A program made the translations under genes and the position numbers. Below, in pieces: positions 18,440 to 29,106 of a stretch of DNA of 64,000 bases (position 1 is its first letter; each line of letters begins with the position of its first letter). The DNA is from an uncultured Chloroflexia bacterium (GTDB lineage Bacteria; Chloroflexota; Limnocylindria; Limnocylindrales; CSP1-4): assembly GCA_963724095.1 (NCBI GenBank), contig CAVRTH010000005.1, positions 906,410 to 970,409 of the forward strand, given 5' to 3'. Under the pieces are notes generated by a model. It saw only the letters and a program-made list of their open reading frames with translations, ran no database searches and was not told the origin of the DNA.

Positions 18440-19837
18440 GTGGGTGTCATGGTCGGTCAGGCTCTTCGGTGGCCCTGCGCTCAGGGTCGACCTACGGCGC
18501 GCTCCCCTCTCCTCGCCCTCCTGGTCTTCGTGCTCCTGGCCACCGCATCGACTTCAACCACTGTCGGACGCAGCAGCTATGCGCTGGAGGCGAGCTACGA
18601 CGTCTCCCTGCACCTTGACTGGGACCGCGGCCGCGTGCGCGTCAAGACCAGGATCGCGCTGCTCAATACCAGCGGCGGCAAGCTCGACCGCATCGTGCTC
18701 AACACCGTCGCGGCCAAGCTGGGTTCGATGAGCAGGCTCCAAGCGAGGGTAGATGGGGCTGCGGTGAAACCGCGCGTCTCGGGCCAGACCATCAGCCTGG
18801 TCCTCGACGAGCCACTGATGGCCGACGCGACGGCGACCGTCTGGGTCAGCTATGCGGCGCGGCTACTGACCTCCAACGCAGGGCGCAATTTCCTCTTCGC
18901 CAAGCTCGGTGGCGTCGCGCAGCTGTACCGCTTCATCCCCTGGATCAGCCGACGCATCCCCTTTGGCAAGCAGGCGCACGGCGAGCCCTTCCTGACGCCA
19001 GTCAGCCCCAGTGTCCGTGTCACTGCCACGTCGGACCGCGAGCTTGAGTGGGCAACGACAGGCCAACGGGTGAGCAAGGACGGCCGCACGTCGACCTTCG
19101 AAGCACAGGATGTACGTGATTTCATCGTCACTGCCAGCCCTTCATACCGCAAGACGCGCGGGAGCAGCCTGGATGGTGAGACCAGGATCGTGGTGTACAC
19201 GCGCTCGGCCGACGCCGCCCGTCTGCTGCGCCTGGCCCGACAGGAGCTGGACCGCTACGAGCGCAAGACGGGCATCCCCTATCCCTATCCGGCGTACCGC
19301 ATCGCCGAATCTGGCGCCGGCCTGCCGATGGAGGCGCCGGGGCTCATCTGGATCCCGGGCTTCCGCAGCGCGGCCGACTACCCGTTCCTCGTCTCACACG
19401 AGACCGCGCACCAGTGGTTCTACGGCATCATCGGGAACGACCAGTCCACCGACGCCTTCGCCGATGAGGCTCTGGCCGACTACTTCTCGCGTCGCGCCCA
19501 TCTGACGATCCGGCCCAGCCGCTGTCCGATCGACCGGCTGGACCGCGACATCCGGCGCTACTCGACGCGCTGCTACTTCGAGGTCATCTACGTGCAGGGC
19601 GCCCGCTTTCTCAACGGGCTCCGTCGCGATTTCGGGGGCACGGCCTTCCGGCGTGCGATCCAGGCCTACAGCGCCGAGCAGCGCCTGGGCATCGGCAGCA
19701 ACGCCAAGCTGATGGCCGCTTTCCGGGACGAGATGGGGGACAAGGTGCTGAAGCGCTTCAGACGGCGCTTCCCGAGTCTCTTCCGGTTGTCCGCGACGAC
19801 GCCCGTGACCGCCGCTCAGGAGCCGCCGGCGCGTTGA
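18440..19837 (+). CDS. M1-family (gluzincin) metallopeptidase-like protein
   Basis: HETAHQWFYG followed 18 residues later by E (ADEALADYF), the HExxH-x18-E signature. N-terminal signal/TM segment present. Confidence 0.7.
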   Translation: MGVMVGQALRWPCAQGRPTARSPLLALLVFVLLATASTSTTVGRSSYALEASYDVSLHLDWDRGRVRVKTRIALLNTSGGKLDRIVLNTVAAKLGSMSRLQARVDGAAVKPRVSGQTISLVLDEPLMADATATVWVSYAARLLTSNAGRNFLFAKLGGVAQLYRFIPWISRRIPFGKQAHGEPFLTPVSPSVRVTATSDRELEWATTGQRVSKDGRTSTFEAQDVRDFIVTASPSYRKTRGSSLDGETRIVVYTRSADAARLLRLARQELDRYERKTGIPYPYPAYRIAESGAGLPMEAPGLIWIPGFRSAADYPFLVSHETAHQWFYGIIGNDQSTDAFADEALADYFSRRAHLTIRPSRCPIDRLDRDIRRYSTRCYFEVIYVQGARFLNGLRRDFGGTAFRRAIQAYSAEQRLGIGSNAKLMAAFRDEMGDKVLKRFRRRFPSLFRLSATTPVTAAQEPPAR

Positions 19838-20730
19838 TCCTTCAGCGGGATGGTGGGTACCACCGCGAGGTACTTGCCGTCACGGTCGACGTACTTGCCC
19901 TCAGGTCGATCCCAGCGCAGATAGTTTCGTTCCATCTCCGCCTCATCCTGGAAGGTGCCGGGACTGTCGGATGGTCCCCAGATGGTGGAAACACGCGGGT
20001 ACCAGGGATCGTAGATGTAGGTGCCGGTGATGGTGGCGTTGCGGAAGACCTTGGGGTCGGCGTCCGCCCGGTAACCGGTCATGACCCAGGTGTGTGCTCC
20101 ACGCCAGGCCACGAGGATGACCGGTGCCTTGGTCTGCGACAGGGCGATGGCCGTGTCGCGCAGCGCCAGCTTGCGGCTGCCATAGGCTCGCACCTCGTAG
20201 CCCTTCACGCCGTTGTCGGCGAGGGCGGAGGCGATGGCCGCGGGGCCCCAGTCGCCGTTGTGGCTGTCGCGCCAGCTCTCGAACTGGCCGACCGAGGCAG
20301 CGATCCTCTTCTGCTCCGCGACCGAGTTCCCTACCACACCGTGCATCGCCAGGACGATCTGGACACCGGCCGGAGCACACCAGTCCTTGGTGTACTGGGA
20401 AGCGAAGACGCGGGCGGGATCGGCACGGAGCTTGACGTCGACGGGCTTGCGCCTGGGACGGGGAGCGGGCGGACCCGAGACGTCACCGCTCTCGCCCGCG
20501 GAGTCGGCCTTGATGGGCGCGATGGCCTTGACCTCGACGATGGGAGCGATGGCACGATCCGGCGGGGGATCGATGGCCAGGGCGACGCGGTCCAGAAGAT
20601 GCTCGAAGCGCGTCCCGACGCCCAGCGCATCGGACGACAGCACGGCGGTCCCGACCGCGGCCCACAGGAAGACGGACACCACGAGTGCGACCAGCAGCGT
20701 GCGGCGGCTTGACCGGTGGGGAGTCGTCAT
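19816..20730 (-). CDS. Membrane-anchored protein with a papain-fold (C39-like) peptidase domain
   Basis: N-terminal TM segment. Candidate catalytic Cys is in YTKDWCAPAG and candidate His in WRGAHTWVMTGY. Assignment by motif resemblance only. Confidence 0.45.
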   Translation of the reverse strand: MTTPHRSSRRTLLVALVVSVFLWAAVGTAVLSSDALGVGTRFEHLLDRVALAIDPPPDRAIAPIVEVKAIAPIKADSAGESGDVSGPPAPRPRRKPVDVKLRADPARVFASQYTKDWCAPAGVQIVLAMHGVVGNSVAEQKRIAASVGQFESWRDSHNGDWGPAAIASALADNGVKGYEVRAYGSRKLALRDTAIALSQTKAPVILVAWRGAHTWVMTGYRADADPKVFRNATITGTYIYDPWYPRVSTIWGPSDSPGTFQDEAEMERNYLRWDRPEGKYVDRDGKYLAVVPTIPLKDQRAGGS

Positions 20731-20871
20731 AACGCTTCGTCAGCGATGCTACCCCGGCATGCCACGCCAAGGTAGTGTGCTTTTCTCAACCCGGCCCCGA
20801 GCACCTCGGCTCACCAGACCGTTGACCGACGCCTACCCTGCTCCCATGCCAGGGAGCCAGAGGGCCCGTCG

Positions 20872-22215
20872 GTGATCGCCCGCTTGCGAGCGCGACTGGA
20901 CGCCATCCTGCCGCGCGGAGTCATCCTGCTGTCGGGCCTGACGTTTGCCAGCTACGTCATGGGGCTGGTACGCGACCGCACCTTTGCCCGCACGTTCGGC
21001 GCCGGGAGTGAACTGGATGTCTACAACGCGGCGCTGGTCCTGCCGGAGCTCACTCTCGACGTGCTCGTCATCGCCGGTCTCTCATCGGCGTTCGTGCCCG
21101 TCTTCGCGCGCCTGGCCCACGACGACGGCGACGCCACGCAGGTCTTCAGCCGGACCGTGCTCACCGGGTCGGTGATGATCATGGCCGTGGTGATCGGCGT
21201 CCTGTTCGTGTTGGCCCCGCAGACCGTCGAATTCGTGGCCCCGGGATTCGACGAGGCCCAGCAGGCGCAGTACACGGAGCTGTTCCGGGTGATGTGCGTG
21301 ACCGCCGTCATCTTCGCGGCCTCCTTCGCGTTGGGCGAGATGCTGGTCGTGCGGCAGCGCTTCCTGACGTACGGACTGGCACCGGTGATGTACAACACCG
21401 GCATCGTGCTTGGCGCCATCCTGCTGAGTCCCTCGCTGGGTATCCTCGGTGCAGCCATCGGCACGGTCATCGGCGCACTCATGCACCTCGGCGTACGGGT
21501 GCTGGAGATCAGGCGGACCGACTTCCGCTACCGCCCCATGCTGGCCATCCGCACGAGCGGCTTCCGCGAGTACCTGCGCCTGGCCGTCCCCAAGGCCATC
21601 GCGCAGCCCATCGAGCCGCTGACGTTCCTGTTCTTCACTTCGGTGGCCTCGACCTTCGCCGCCGGCAGCATCAGCTCGGTCAGCTTCGCGCGCAACTTCC
21701 AAAGCGTCCCGGTGGCCCTCATCGGGATAGCCTTTGCCGTCACCGCATTCCCGGTGATGTCAGCCGCGGCCGCCGATGGAGACCGCAAGCGCTTCACGCG
21801 CCTGGTGGCCACGAACCTGGTCACCATCACCCTGCTCACGGTGGGAGCCGCCGTGGTCCTGTACCTGGTGGGTGGCTATGCCATCGAGCTGTTCCTCGGC
21901 GGTGCGGCCTTCGATGCGGAGGACGTCAAGCTCACGACGATGCTGCTGGGGGCGTTCGCGCTGTCGGTGCCGCTGGAGGCAGCCACGCACCTGCTCAGCC
22001 GAGCGCTCTACGCCACCAGCAACACGATCCTGCCGGTCACGGCCTCAGTGGTGGCGCTGGTGGTGACGATAGCCACGGTCAGCCTGCTGCTCGACGAGGT
22101 CGGTATCGTGGCCTTGCCGATCGGCTTCGCCAGCGGCTTGGCAGCCAAGGTCGCGGTGTCTGGCGTCGCGCTCGTGTTCCGACTACGCACGGTGGGCACG
22201 GCAGCGGCGTTGTAG
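20872..22215 (+). CDS. murJ: Lipid II flippase MurJ/MviN
   Basis: 447 aa and polytopic. N-terminus SYVMGLVRDRTFARTFGAGSELDVYNAALVLPE...SSAFVPVF is typical of MurJ. Confidence 0.8.
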   Translation: MIARLRARLDAILPRGVILLSGLTFASYVMGLVRDRTFARTFGAGSELDVYNAALVLPELTLDVLVIAGLSSAFVPVFARLAHDDGDATQVFSRTVLTGSVMIMAVVIGVLFVLAPQTVEFVAPGFDEAQQAQYTELFRVMCVTAVIFAASFALGEMLVVRQRFLTYGLAPVMYNTGIVLGAILLSPSLGILGAAIGTVIGALMHLGVRVLEIRRTDFRYRPMLAIRTSGFREYLRLAVPKAIAQPIEPLTFLFFTSVASTFAAGSISSVSFARNFQSVPVALIGIAFAVTAFPVMSAAAADGDRKRFTRLVATNLVTITLLTVGAAVVLYLVGGYAIELFLGGAAFDAEDVKLTTMLLGAFALSVPLEAATHLLSRALYATSNTILPVTASVVALVVTIATVSLLLDEVGIVALPIGFASGLAAKVAVSGVALVFRLRTVGTAAAL

Positions 22216-22517
22216 TGGATCCGTCGGTGCCGATCGCTCCGGATGGCAAACCCGAAGCGATCCAAGTCGCCACCACCATCGCTCGAAGTCGCAGACTTGC
22301 CCTGCGAGACGGAGGTCAACCCCGAGGCCGCTGCCACCGCGACTCGTTCGAGTCGCTGTCGGGTGTCGACATCGTTCGGGGGCTATTCGTCCGTTCCCCC
22401 TCACGAGTCGGGCCTCTACACTGCCGCCCATGACGGACTTCCCCCACGCCTCCGAATTCAATTCGCTGGTCGAGAGTCCTCGACGACGCGGCAGAGCGCT
22501 GGCCCGTCGATCGCCAC

Positions 22518-24140
22518 ATGTACGGTCTGCGGCTCAATTCGGGGATGCACCTGACGTGGACTGCCCAGGAGATGCAGCATCGCTCGCTGCTGGCCGCCTG
22601 GCGCCTGCGGGAGGTCGGCCTGCGGCCCGGGGACCGGTTGCTGACGTGGTCGCCGTCGACACCGTACCTGCCGGCGGTGTACTGGGGCGCCATGCGCGCG
22701 GGGCTCGTGATCGTACCGGTGGACCTGCGGATGAAGGCCGACGTCGTGGAGCGGATCGCGTCGATCGCCGACACCCGCTGGCTGGCCGTGGACGATGGCC
22801 TGGACGCGCCGAACCCGGCGGAGGCCGGCCTCCAGCACATGGATGTCCTCAGGCTGGAGGACATGACGGCCGATCCCGAAGCGGACTGGCCTGCCGACTG
22901 GGAGGCACAGGTTCGCGGCTGGCCGCAGCCCGACCGGGACACGCTCTTCGAGGTGCATTTCACCTCCGGCACGACTGCGGCGCCCAAGGGCGTGCTGCTC
23001 ACTCATGGCAACTTCCTCGAGTCGATGGGCATGTTCAGCAACCTGATCCATGAGCGCCATCTGCGCGCAGTCTCGATCCTGCCGTTGTCGCACCTTCTGG
23101 AGCAGATCTCGACGCTGTTCTGGGGCACGATGCTGGGCGCCGAGGTGGTCTACGTCCGCTCTCGCAACCCGCGCGTCATCTTCGAGGCCATGCGCGAGCT
23201 GCCGGCCAGCGTGATGGTCATGACGCCGCAGGTGCTGGAACTCTTCTGGAGCGGTCTCATGCGCGAGGTGAAGCATCGCGGCCAGGAGGCACGCTTCGAG
23301 CGCGTGCGGCGGATCGCGCGCCACCTCCCCTACCGCTTGCGCCGCCTCATCTTTCGCTCACTCCACGCCCAGCTGGGTGGCTCGCTGGAACTGGCGGTCT
23401 CCGCGGGAGCCTACCTGCCGCCGGAGCTGCAGGAAGCATGGGAGGACATCGGCATCGTGGTGATGCAGGGCTATGGCTCGACCGAGTGCGGCTTCGCGGT
23501 CGCCAACGACGAATGGCACCACCCCAAGGGCCTGGTCGGCCGCGTCCACCCCGGCACGGAGGTGAAGATCGATGCTGAGTCGGGCGAGATCGTCATCAGG
23601 GGTGCCAGCCTCTCCGCCGGCTACTGGCGCGACGACGAAAACACCCGCGCATCTCGCACCGAGGATGGCTGGTACAAGTCCGGCGACACGGGCTACTTCA
23701 CCAAGGCCGGCGACCTCAAGCTGTCCGGCCGCCTGCGCAACGTCATCGTCCTGCCCAACGGGCTCAACGTCTTCCCCGAAGACATCGAGGCGGCCCTGGC
23801 CGATCACGGTCTGAGCCAGGCCGTCGTGCTCGAGACGGAGCCCGGGCGCATCGAGGCGGTGGTGCTGCCGCCGGGTTCCGTGCCTATCATGCGGGCCGAC
23901 CAGCAGGCCGCCAACGACCGGGAGGCCGACGATGCACTCCGCGCCGACATCGACGCGCGCGTCAAGGCGGCCAACGCCGACCTCTCGGTGCACCAGCGCA
24001 TCGTCGGCTGGCGCCTCTGGCCAGAGCGCGATTTCCCGCGCACCCACACGCTCAAGATCCGCCGTAACGGGGTGCGAGCCTGGGCCGGTGACAAGGTCGC
24101 CCTACAGGTGCGCGAGTCGGACGAGGGGCCGGACGCCTGA
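22518..24140 (+). CDS. AMP-dependent acyl-CoA synthetase/ligase
   Basis: Motifs FTSGTTAAPKGV, GYGSTE and YKSGDTGY...GRLRNVIVL are present. The conserved N-terminal segment LDDAAERWPVDRH lies in frame upstream of ATG 22518 without a start codon. A possible true start is ATG 22430, with a frame break near 22478. Confidence 0.8.
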   Translation: MYGLRLNSGMHLTWTAQEMQHRSLLAAWRLREVGLRPGDRLLTWSPSTPYLPAVYWGAMRAGLVIVPVDLRMKADVVERIASIADTRWLAVDDGLDAPNPAEAGLQHMDVLRLEDMTADPEADWPADWEAQVRGWPQPDRDTLFEVHFTSGTTAAPKGVLLTHGNFLESMGMFSNLIHERHLRAVSILPLSHLLEQISTLFWGTMLGAEVVYVRSRNPRVIFEAMRELPASVMVMTPQVLELFWSGLMREVKHRGQEARFERVRRIARHLPYRLRRLIFRSLHAQLGGSLELAVSAGAYLPPELQEAWEDIGIVVMQGYGSTECGFAVANDEWHHPKGLVGRVHPGTEVKIDAESGEIVIRGASLSAGYWRDDENTRASRTEDGWYKSGDTGYFTKAGDLKLSGRLRNVIVLPNGLNVFPEDIEAALADHGLSQAVVLETEPGRIEAVVLPPGSVPIMRADQQAANDREADDALRADIDARVKAANADLSVHQRIVGWRLWPERDFPRTHTLKIRRNGVRAWAGDKVALQVRESDEGPDA

Positions 24141-24161
24141 GCGCGGGCCAGCGCCAGGTCG

Positions 24162-24716
24162 CTACTTGTTGACCTCGACCGGCTCGCCCACCGCAGCCAG
24201 CGCATCGAAGATCACTTTGGCCCGGGCGGGATCGTCCGAACGGCGGCTCGACCAGGTCGTGAAGATGACCGTGTCGTCGAGCACGTTCACCGAGAACTGC
24301 GTATCGGCCGGATAGTTGGTTTGCCCAAAGCCCGAGCCGAGATAGTCGGCCAAGTCGCCGGCGCGTTGGCGCGCGCCCGCCGCGTCCGTTGCCTGGTAGA
24401 CCACGACATAGCCATCGTCGGTGTCGGCGAGATCGGCACGCAGCACGACGCGCGGTACCTGCAGCAAGGTCGCCGGCTCGGAGGGTCGGTAGGCACCGAT
24501 CGCTGTTCCCAGGCGTGTGCCGCTCGCTGCAGCCGCGGTCTCGAGCGTCGCGATGGTCTCGTCCATGGAGGCACCATAGGACCGCATCGGCGTCGGCAGT
24601 GACACCTCGTCCGCCTGGACCGTGGGCCGGCCGGTGCTGGTGCAGGCGGCGAGCACGAGGGTCGTGGTCGCGGCCAGGGCTACGAGGCGCCGCAGGATGA
24701 TCACCCTGGCGGCCAC
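24162..24716 (-). CDS. Putative lipoprotein
   Basis: Lipobox LVLAAC follows a basic, hydrophobic N-terminus. No family assigned. Confidence 0.55.
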   Translation of the reverse strand: MAARVIILRRLVALAATTTLVLAACTSTGRPTVQADEVSLPTPMRSYGASMDETIATLETAAAASGTRLGTAIGAYRPSEPATLLQVPRVVLRADLADTDDGYVVVYQATDAAGARQRAGDLADYLGSGFGQTNYPADTQFSVNVLDDTVIFTTWSSRRSDDPARAKVIFDALAAVGEPVEVNK

Positions 24717-25051
24717 GCCATGCGACGGCCACCGATCAGGTGAAAGTGCAGGTGGGGCACCGATTGGCCCGCGTCGGCACCCACGTTGGTGACCAGTCGG
24801 TAACCCGCATCAGGCAGGCCGGCGTCCGCGGCCAGACGAGCGGCCACGTCGAACAGCCGGCCCAGCAGCTCGCCATCGGCTTCGACCAACTCGGCGGCTG
24901 ACTCCAGGTGGCGGCGGGGGACGATCAACTGGTGCACCGGTGCGACAGGATCGATGTCGTTGAAGGCCACGACCATGTCGTCCTCATGGACGGTGTCAGA
25001 CGGGATCTCGCCAGCGATGATCTTGCAGAACAGACAACTTTCGTCGGTCAC
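24701..25051 (-). CDS. HIT-family (histidine triad) nucleotide hydrolase
   Basis: CLFCKIIAGEIP...HLHFHLIGG triad motif. Confidence 0.85.
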   Translation of the reverse strand: MTDESCLFCKIIAGEIPSDTVHEDDMVVAFNDIDPVAPVHQLIVPRRHLESAAELVEADGELLGRLFDVAARLAADAGLPDAGYRLVTNVGADAGQSVPHLHFHLIGGRRMAWPPG

Positions 25052-25071
25052 TCGGGGGACTCCTTCCCGGC

Positions 25072-25560
25072 TCAGAACGTGGGCTTGCTCATCATGAGCC
25101 AGCCGATGATGCCGATGGCGGCGGCCATGCCGTAGCTGATGTAGCGCTGGCGTCGAGCGCGCACGCGCCAGCGTTCCTTCTCATCCTCGTCCGCCGCCTC
25201 CTTGAGGCCGAGCAGGCGGCGTACACCCGGCCGCTGGACGAAGAACGAGATGAGCAGGATGACAGCGTAGATCGACAGCGCCAGCAGTAGCCATGGTTGT
25301 TGCAGGAAGGCGCCACCGAGGACGAGCAGCATGGCCATGCCGGTGATCGCGACGCCGGCGCCGACGACGAGCGTGCCATGAGCCTCCAGCCACACCAGTG
25401 CGCGAACGAAGCGTCCCGACTGGGCGCCGATGACAGGCTCGCCATCGGTGCCACGGGTGCGCATGGTGAAGGGCAGCAGAAAGGCCGGCACGAAGAGTGA
25501 GATGGCGAGCACGACGTGGCTGGTCAGCAAGACCGGGAAGAGCTCCGCCAGACCGGTCAC
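25072..25560 (-). CDS. Hypothetical membrane protein (4 TM)
   Basis: 162-aa hydrophobic ORF. ATGA overlap with the prmA stop. Confidence 0.55.
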   Translation of the reverse strand: MTGLAELFPVLLTSHVVLAISLFVPAFLLPFTMRTRGTDGEPVIGAQSGRFVRALVWLEAHGTLVVGAGVAITGMAMLLVLGGAFLQQPWLLLALSIYAVILLISFFVQRPGVRRLLGLKEAADEDEKERWRVRARRQRYISYGMAAAIGIIGWLMMSKPTF

Positions 25561-26528
25561 CGACGAGGGCGCTCCAGGTCGAGGGCGATCCAGTCCGTCT
25601 CCTGCTCGCGGCGAACCATGCGCAGGCCGGCCAGGGCGAAGGCACGTCGAACCTCCGGCTCGCGATCGATGAAGATGCCCGACGCCAGGAGCCGGCCACC
25701 ACTGCCGGGAGTGCCATCGCCGGGACGGACGGCAGCTGCCAGAGCCCCTGCCATGGCGACCAGCAGGCTGGCCACGAGGTTGGCGAAGACAAGGTCGAAA
25801 GGCCCCTCATCGATGGGCAGGCTGCCCTGGCTGGCGAAGATATCGACGCCGTTGCGGGCAGCGTTCTCCCGCGTCGACTCGACGGCGATCCGGTCGGTAT
25901 CGATGGCGCGCACTGGACCGGCGCCCAGCAACGCAGCGCCGACCCCAAGGATGCCTGAACCGGAGCCGACATCGAAGGTGCTGGCCCCGGCCACGAGGCC
26001 CTGCTCATGCCAGCGCTCCAGGCCGACGAGGCAGAGGCGCGTGGTGGGATGCAGTCCCGTACCGAAGGCCATGCCCGGATCGAGCGCGATGATGACGTCG
26101 TCGGGCGCGGGATCGTAGTCCCGCCAGGTGGGCTTGATGACGATGCGACGGCCCACGCGCATCACGGGGAAGAAGTCCTTCCAGGCGCCGGCCCAGTCCT
26201 CTTCGTGGACCTCGCGTACTTCGAGCTCGCCGATGGGCCGCAATCCGAAGGCGGTGAGATGCCCGAGTCGCTCGCGTGCGGCCGCGACGGCAGCATCTGC
26301 GGCGCCACGGTCGATGGCCGGCAGGTAGGCGCGGATGATCACCGGCGCGCCCTCGATGACCGAGGCCGTCAGGCCTTCCTGCTCGGTGGCGAAGGGCTGC
26401 TCGACCGATACGCCCCCGCCTGCATCACGCGAGAGGATGTCACTCACGGCCTCCACTGCTTCGGCGTCGGCCTCGATGCTCAGCTCGAGCCAGGTCCCGC
26501 CCGCGGAGGTGCCCTCGTCTTCTCGCAT
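25557..26528 (-). CDS. prmA: Ribosomal protein L11 methyltransferase
   Basis: Motifs IKPTWRDY...IALDPGMAFGTGLHPTTRLCL...DVGSGSGILG. Positioned directly downstream of dnaJ. Confidence 0.85.
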   Translation of the reverse strand: MREDEGTSAGGTWLELSIEADAEAVEAVSDILSRDAGGGVSVEQPFATEQEGLTASVIEGAPVIIRAYLPAIDRGAADAAVAAARERLGHLTAFGLRPIGELEVREVHEEDWAGAWKDFFPVMRVGRRIVIKPTWRDYDPAPDDVIIALDPGMAFGTGLHPTTRLCLVGLERWHEQGLVAGASTFDVGSGSGILGVGAALLGAGPVRAIDTDRIAVESTRENAARNGVDIFASQGSLPIDEGPFDLVFANLVASLLVAMAGALAAAVRPGDGTPGSGGRLLASGIFIDREPEVRRAFALAGLRMVRREQETDWIALDLERPRR

Positions 26529-26554
26529 GGCCGTCTGCTCGGTCCTCTGGTCGC

Positions 26555-27727
26555 TCAGCTGATGGCGTCCTTGAGGCGATCGCCCAGGGAGCGCTTGCCG
26601 TGCTTGGTCCGCGGGCCACCACCCGGCCCGCCCTCGCCGTTGGCACTGATCTCACCCGACTCCGCTGCCAGCTCCTCGAGCAGCTCGCGCTGGCGATCGG
26701 TGAGACGAGTGGGCACCTCGATGTCGATGAGCACGTGCAGGTCGCCGCGGGCACCAGGTCGACGGAGGTGCGGCACCCCCTTGCCGCGACGGCGGATCTC
26801 CGTCCCCGGTTGCGTGCCTGGCTTGATCTCCAGCATCTCCTCGCCGTCCGGAGTGAGGATGGGCACTTCCGCACCCAGCGCCGCCTGCGTGAGTGACAGC
26901 TTCAGCTCGGAGTACAACTCGGTGCCGTCGCGTTTCAGGAGCGGGTGCTCTTCCACGTGGGTGACCACGTAGAGGTTGCCGGGCGTGCCCCCACGGGGCG
27001 CCGCCTCTCCCTCGCCCGTGAGGCGGATCTGATGGCCATCATCGATGCCGGCGGGGATGGTCACCCGCAACGTACGCTTGCGCTCCGAGCGGCCGTCACC
27101 ATGACAGGTCGGGCAGGGCTTCTCGACGACCTGTCCAGTGCCGCGGCAGCGCCCGCAGGGGGTGACGTTGACCATCTGACCCAGGAGCGTGTTGCGCACC
27201 TCGCGCACCTCGCCACTGCCATCGCATCGCGGGCACGTAACCGGCTCGGAACCTTCCTCGGCGCCGCTACCCCCGCAGGTCGCGCAGCGATCGAGCGAGG
27301 TGAAGCTGAGCTCCTTCTCAGCTCCGTGGATAGCCTCGTCGAACGTCAGCTGCAGGTCGTACCGCAGGTCGGCGCCAGCCGGCCGGCGCGTCCGGCGCGC
27401 CCCGCCACCGGCGGCAGCGCCACCGAAGAAGGCATCGAAGATGTCGCCGAAGCCCTGGAAGCCGCCGAAGGGACCGTAGCCCTCAGCACCAGCGCCGGTA
27501 CCACCCACGCCGGCACGCCCGAACATGTCGTACTGCTGCCGCCGCTGCGGATCGCTGAGAACCTGGTAGGCCTCGTTGATCTCCTTGAAGCGCGCGTCAG
27601 CATCAGGGTCGGTGTTGACGTCGGGGTGCCATTGCTGGGCCAGCTTTCGGAACGAGCGCTTGATCTCTTCGTCACTGGCACCGCGCTCAAGCTCCAGGAT
27701 CTCGTAATAGTCGCGGGTCGTGGCCAT
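26555..27727 (-). CDS. dnaJ: Molecular chaperone DnaJ
   Basis: Start set at ATG 27727 (MATTRDYYEILELERGASDEEIKRSFRKLAQQWHPD). G/F region and four CxxCxGxG zinc motifs are present. Confidence 0.9.
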   Translation of the reverse strand: MATTRDYYEILELERGASDEEIKRSFRKLAQQWHPDVNTDPDADARFKEINEAYQVLSDPQRRQQYDMFGRAGVGGTGAGAEGYGPFGGFQGFGDIFDAFFGGAAAGGGARRTRRPAGADLRYDLQLTFDEAIHGAEKELSFTSLDRCATCGGSGAEEGSEPVTCPRCDGSGEVREVRNTLLGQMVNVTPCGRCRGTGQVVEKPCPTCHGDGRSERKRTLRVTIPAGIDDGHQIRLTGEGEAAPRGGTPGNLYVVTHVEEHPLLKRDGTELYSELKLSLTQAALGAEVPILTPDGEEMLEIKPGTQPGTEIRRRGKGVPHLRRPGARGDLHVLIDIEVPTRLTDRQRELLEELAAESGEISANGEGGPGGGPRTKHGKRSLGDRLKDAIS

Positions 27728-27801
27728 GCAATGCCGGAGTATAGGGAAGGTCCGCCCAAGGGCCCTTCCACGGCTGTCAAGGCCGCGTATGCTCGGCGCC
27801 C

Positions 27802-29106
27802 ATGCCACCACTCTCGGTCTCGGCGGCAGCCGCTCGCCGCTTCCTCGTCAGGCGCCACCTGCTGGCCCCTGCCCGCTCGCAGGTCGCCGGGCTGGACGGC
27901 GTGCGGGCTGTGTTCGAGCGGCTCGGTTCGATCCAGTTCGATCCGCTCGCGGTGGCCGGGCGCAATCACGACCTGGTGCTGCACGCACGTGTCCGCGACT
28001 ACGAACCGGCCTGGACGAACGCACTGCTCTACACGAGTCGAGAGCTGTTCGAGGCCTATAACAAGGGCCTCTCACTGCTGCCGACCGCTGAGCTGCCCTG
28101 GCACCGGCATACCTGGGACAAGTTCCGCAGCTACCACCAGGGTGCCGCGTTCGCGCGCCACGAACGGACCGTCGCGCACGTGCTCGGGCGCCTCCGGGAC
28201 GAAGGCCCACTTTGCAGTCTCGATTTCGAGCGTCGGGTGGCGATCGATTGGTATTGGGGCCCCACCAGCGAGGTCCGCGCCGTCCTCGAGGCACTCTCGG
28301 AGGCGGGTGTCATCGGGCTCGCAAGGCGAGAGGGCAATCGCCGCTACTACGACCTCATCGAGCGCCTCTATCCGGCAGCGCTGCTGGCCGAGGAGCGCCC
28401 TGACCGCGAGCAGCGCCGACACCGACTGCTATCGCGCTACCGGGCCCATGGACTACTCGGCGCCAGCGGCCCGGGCGAGTTGTGGTACGGCATCGGACCC
28501 GCGCTTCGGCCGCGCCCCAGCGACCCACCGGGCACGGTCACTCGTGCCGAGCTGCATGCCCAACTGGTGGCTGACGGTGAGCTGCTGCCGGTGACGGTCG
28601 AGGGCGTTCGCGGGACGCGCTACGTACTCGCCTCCGAGCTCGCGGAATTGCGCGTGGCGGACGCCGACGTGGCGCGTGGCGGGGTACTCGAGGGTTCCAG
28701 CGTGGTCTTCCTCGCGCCGCTGGACCCGCTGGCATGGGACCGGCCCCTGCTGCGCAGCCTCTTCGACTTCGACTACGTCTGGGAGGTGTACGTACCCCGG
28801 CCCAGACGACGCTGGGGCTACTACGTGCTGCCCCTGCTCTGGGGCGACCGGCTGGTGGGCCGCATCGAGCCGCGCCTCGATCGTGCTGCCGGGTCCATCC
28901 GTATCCTCGGCATCTGGTGGCAGGAAGGCTTTGTACCCCGGCGCCACGATGCCTTCATCGAAGCCATGCGGGGGGCCTTGGCTGCCTACGGGCGCTTCGG
29001 TGGAGCCAGCCGTATCGATTGGGGTGACCACGGGCGCGAGAAGCGCTTGTTCGGGGTGCGGCTGGAAGAGGCCAACGCCGCCGCAGGAGGCTTGACACGT
29101 ACGTAG
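27802..29106 (+). CDS. YcaQ/AlkZ-family winged-helix DNA glycosylase-like protein
   Basis: Sequence is SVSAAAARRFLVRRHLL...LGSIQFDPL (Q-phi-D motif)...HDLVLHARV...WEVYVPRPRRRWGYYVLPLL. Confidence 0.7.
   Translation: MPPLSVSAAAARRFLVRRHLLAPARSQVAGLDGVRAVFERLGSIQFDPLAVAGRNHDLVLHARVRDYEPAWTNALLYTSRELFEAYNKGLSLLPTAELPWHRHTWDKFRSYHQGAAFARHERTVAHVLGRLRDEGPLCSLDFERRVAIDWYWGPTSEVRAVLEALSEAGVIGLARREGNRRYYDLIERLYPAALLAEERPDREQRRHRLLSRYRAHGLLGASGPGELWYGIGPALRPRPSDPPGTVTRAELHAQLVADGELLPVTVEGVRGTRYVLASELAELRVADADVARGGVLEGSSVVFLAPLDPLAWDRPLLRSLFDFDYVWEVYVPRPRRRWGYYVLPLLWGDRLVGRIEPRLDRAAGSIRILGIWWQEGFVPRRHDAFIEAMRGALAAYGRFGGASRIDWGDHGREKRLFGVRLEEANAAAGGLTRT

Noticed and set aside
22216-22429. Possible ncRNA or small gene in the 214-nt gap after murJ
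   Set aside because: I could not see a convincing ORF, RBS, hairpin or conserved motif. It is more likely the promoter/5' region of the acyl-CoA ligase gene.
26945-28594. 549-aa ORF on the plus strand
   Set aside because: It is antisense to dnaJ and then out of frame through the ycaQ-like gene. Its composition is Ala/Arg/Ser/Pro-rich with no motifs, so it is a shadow ORF.
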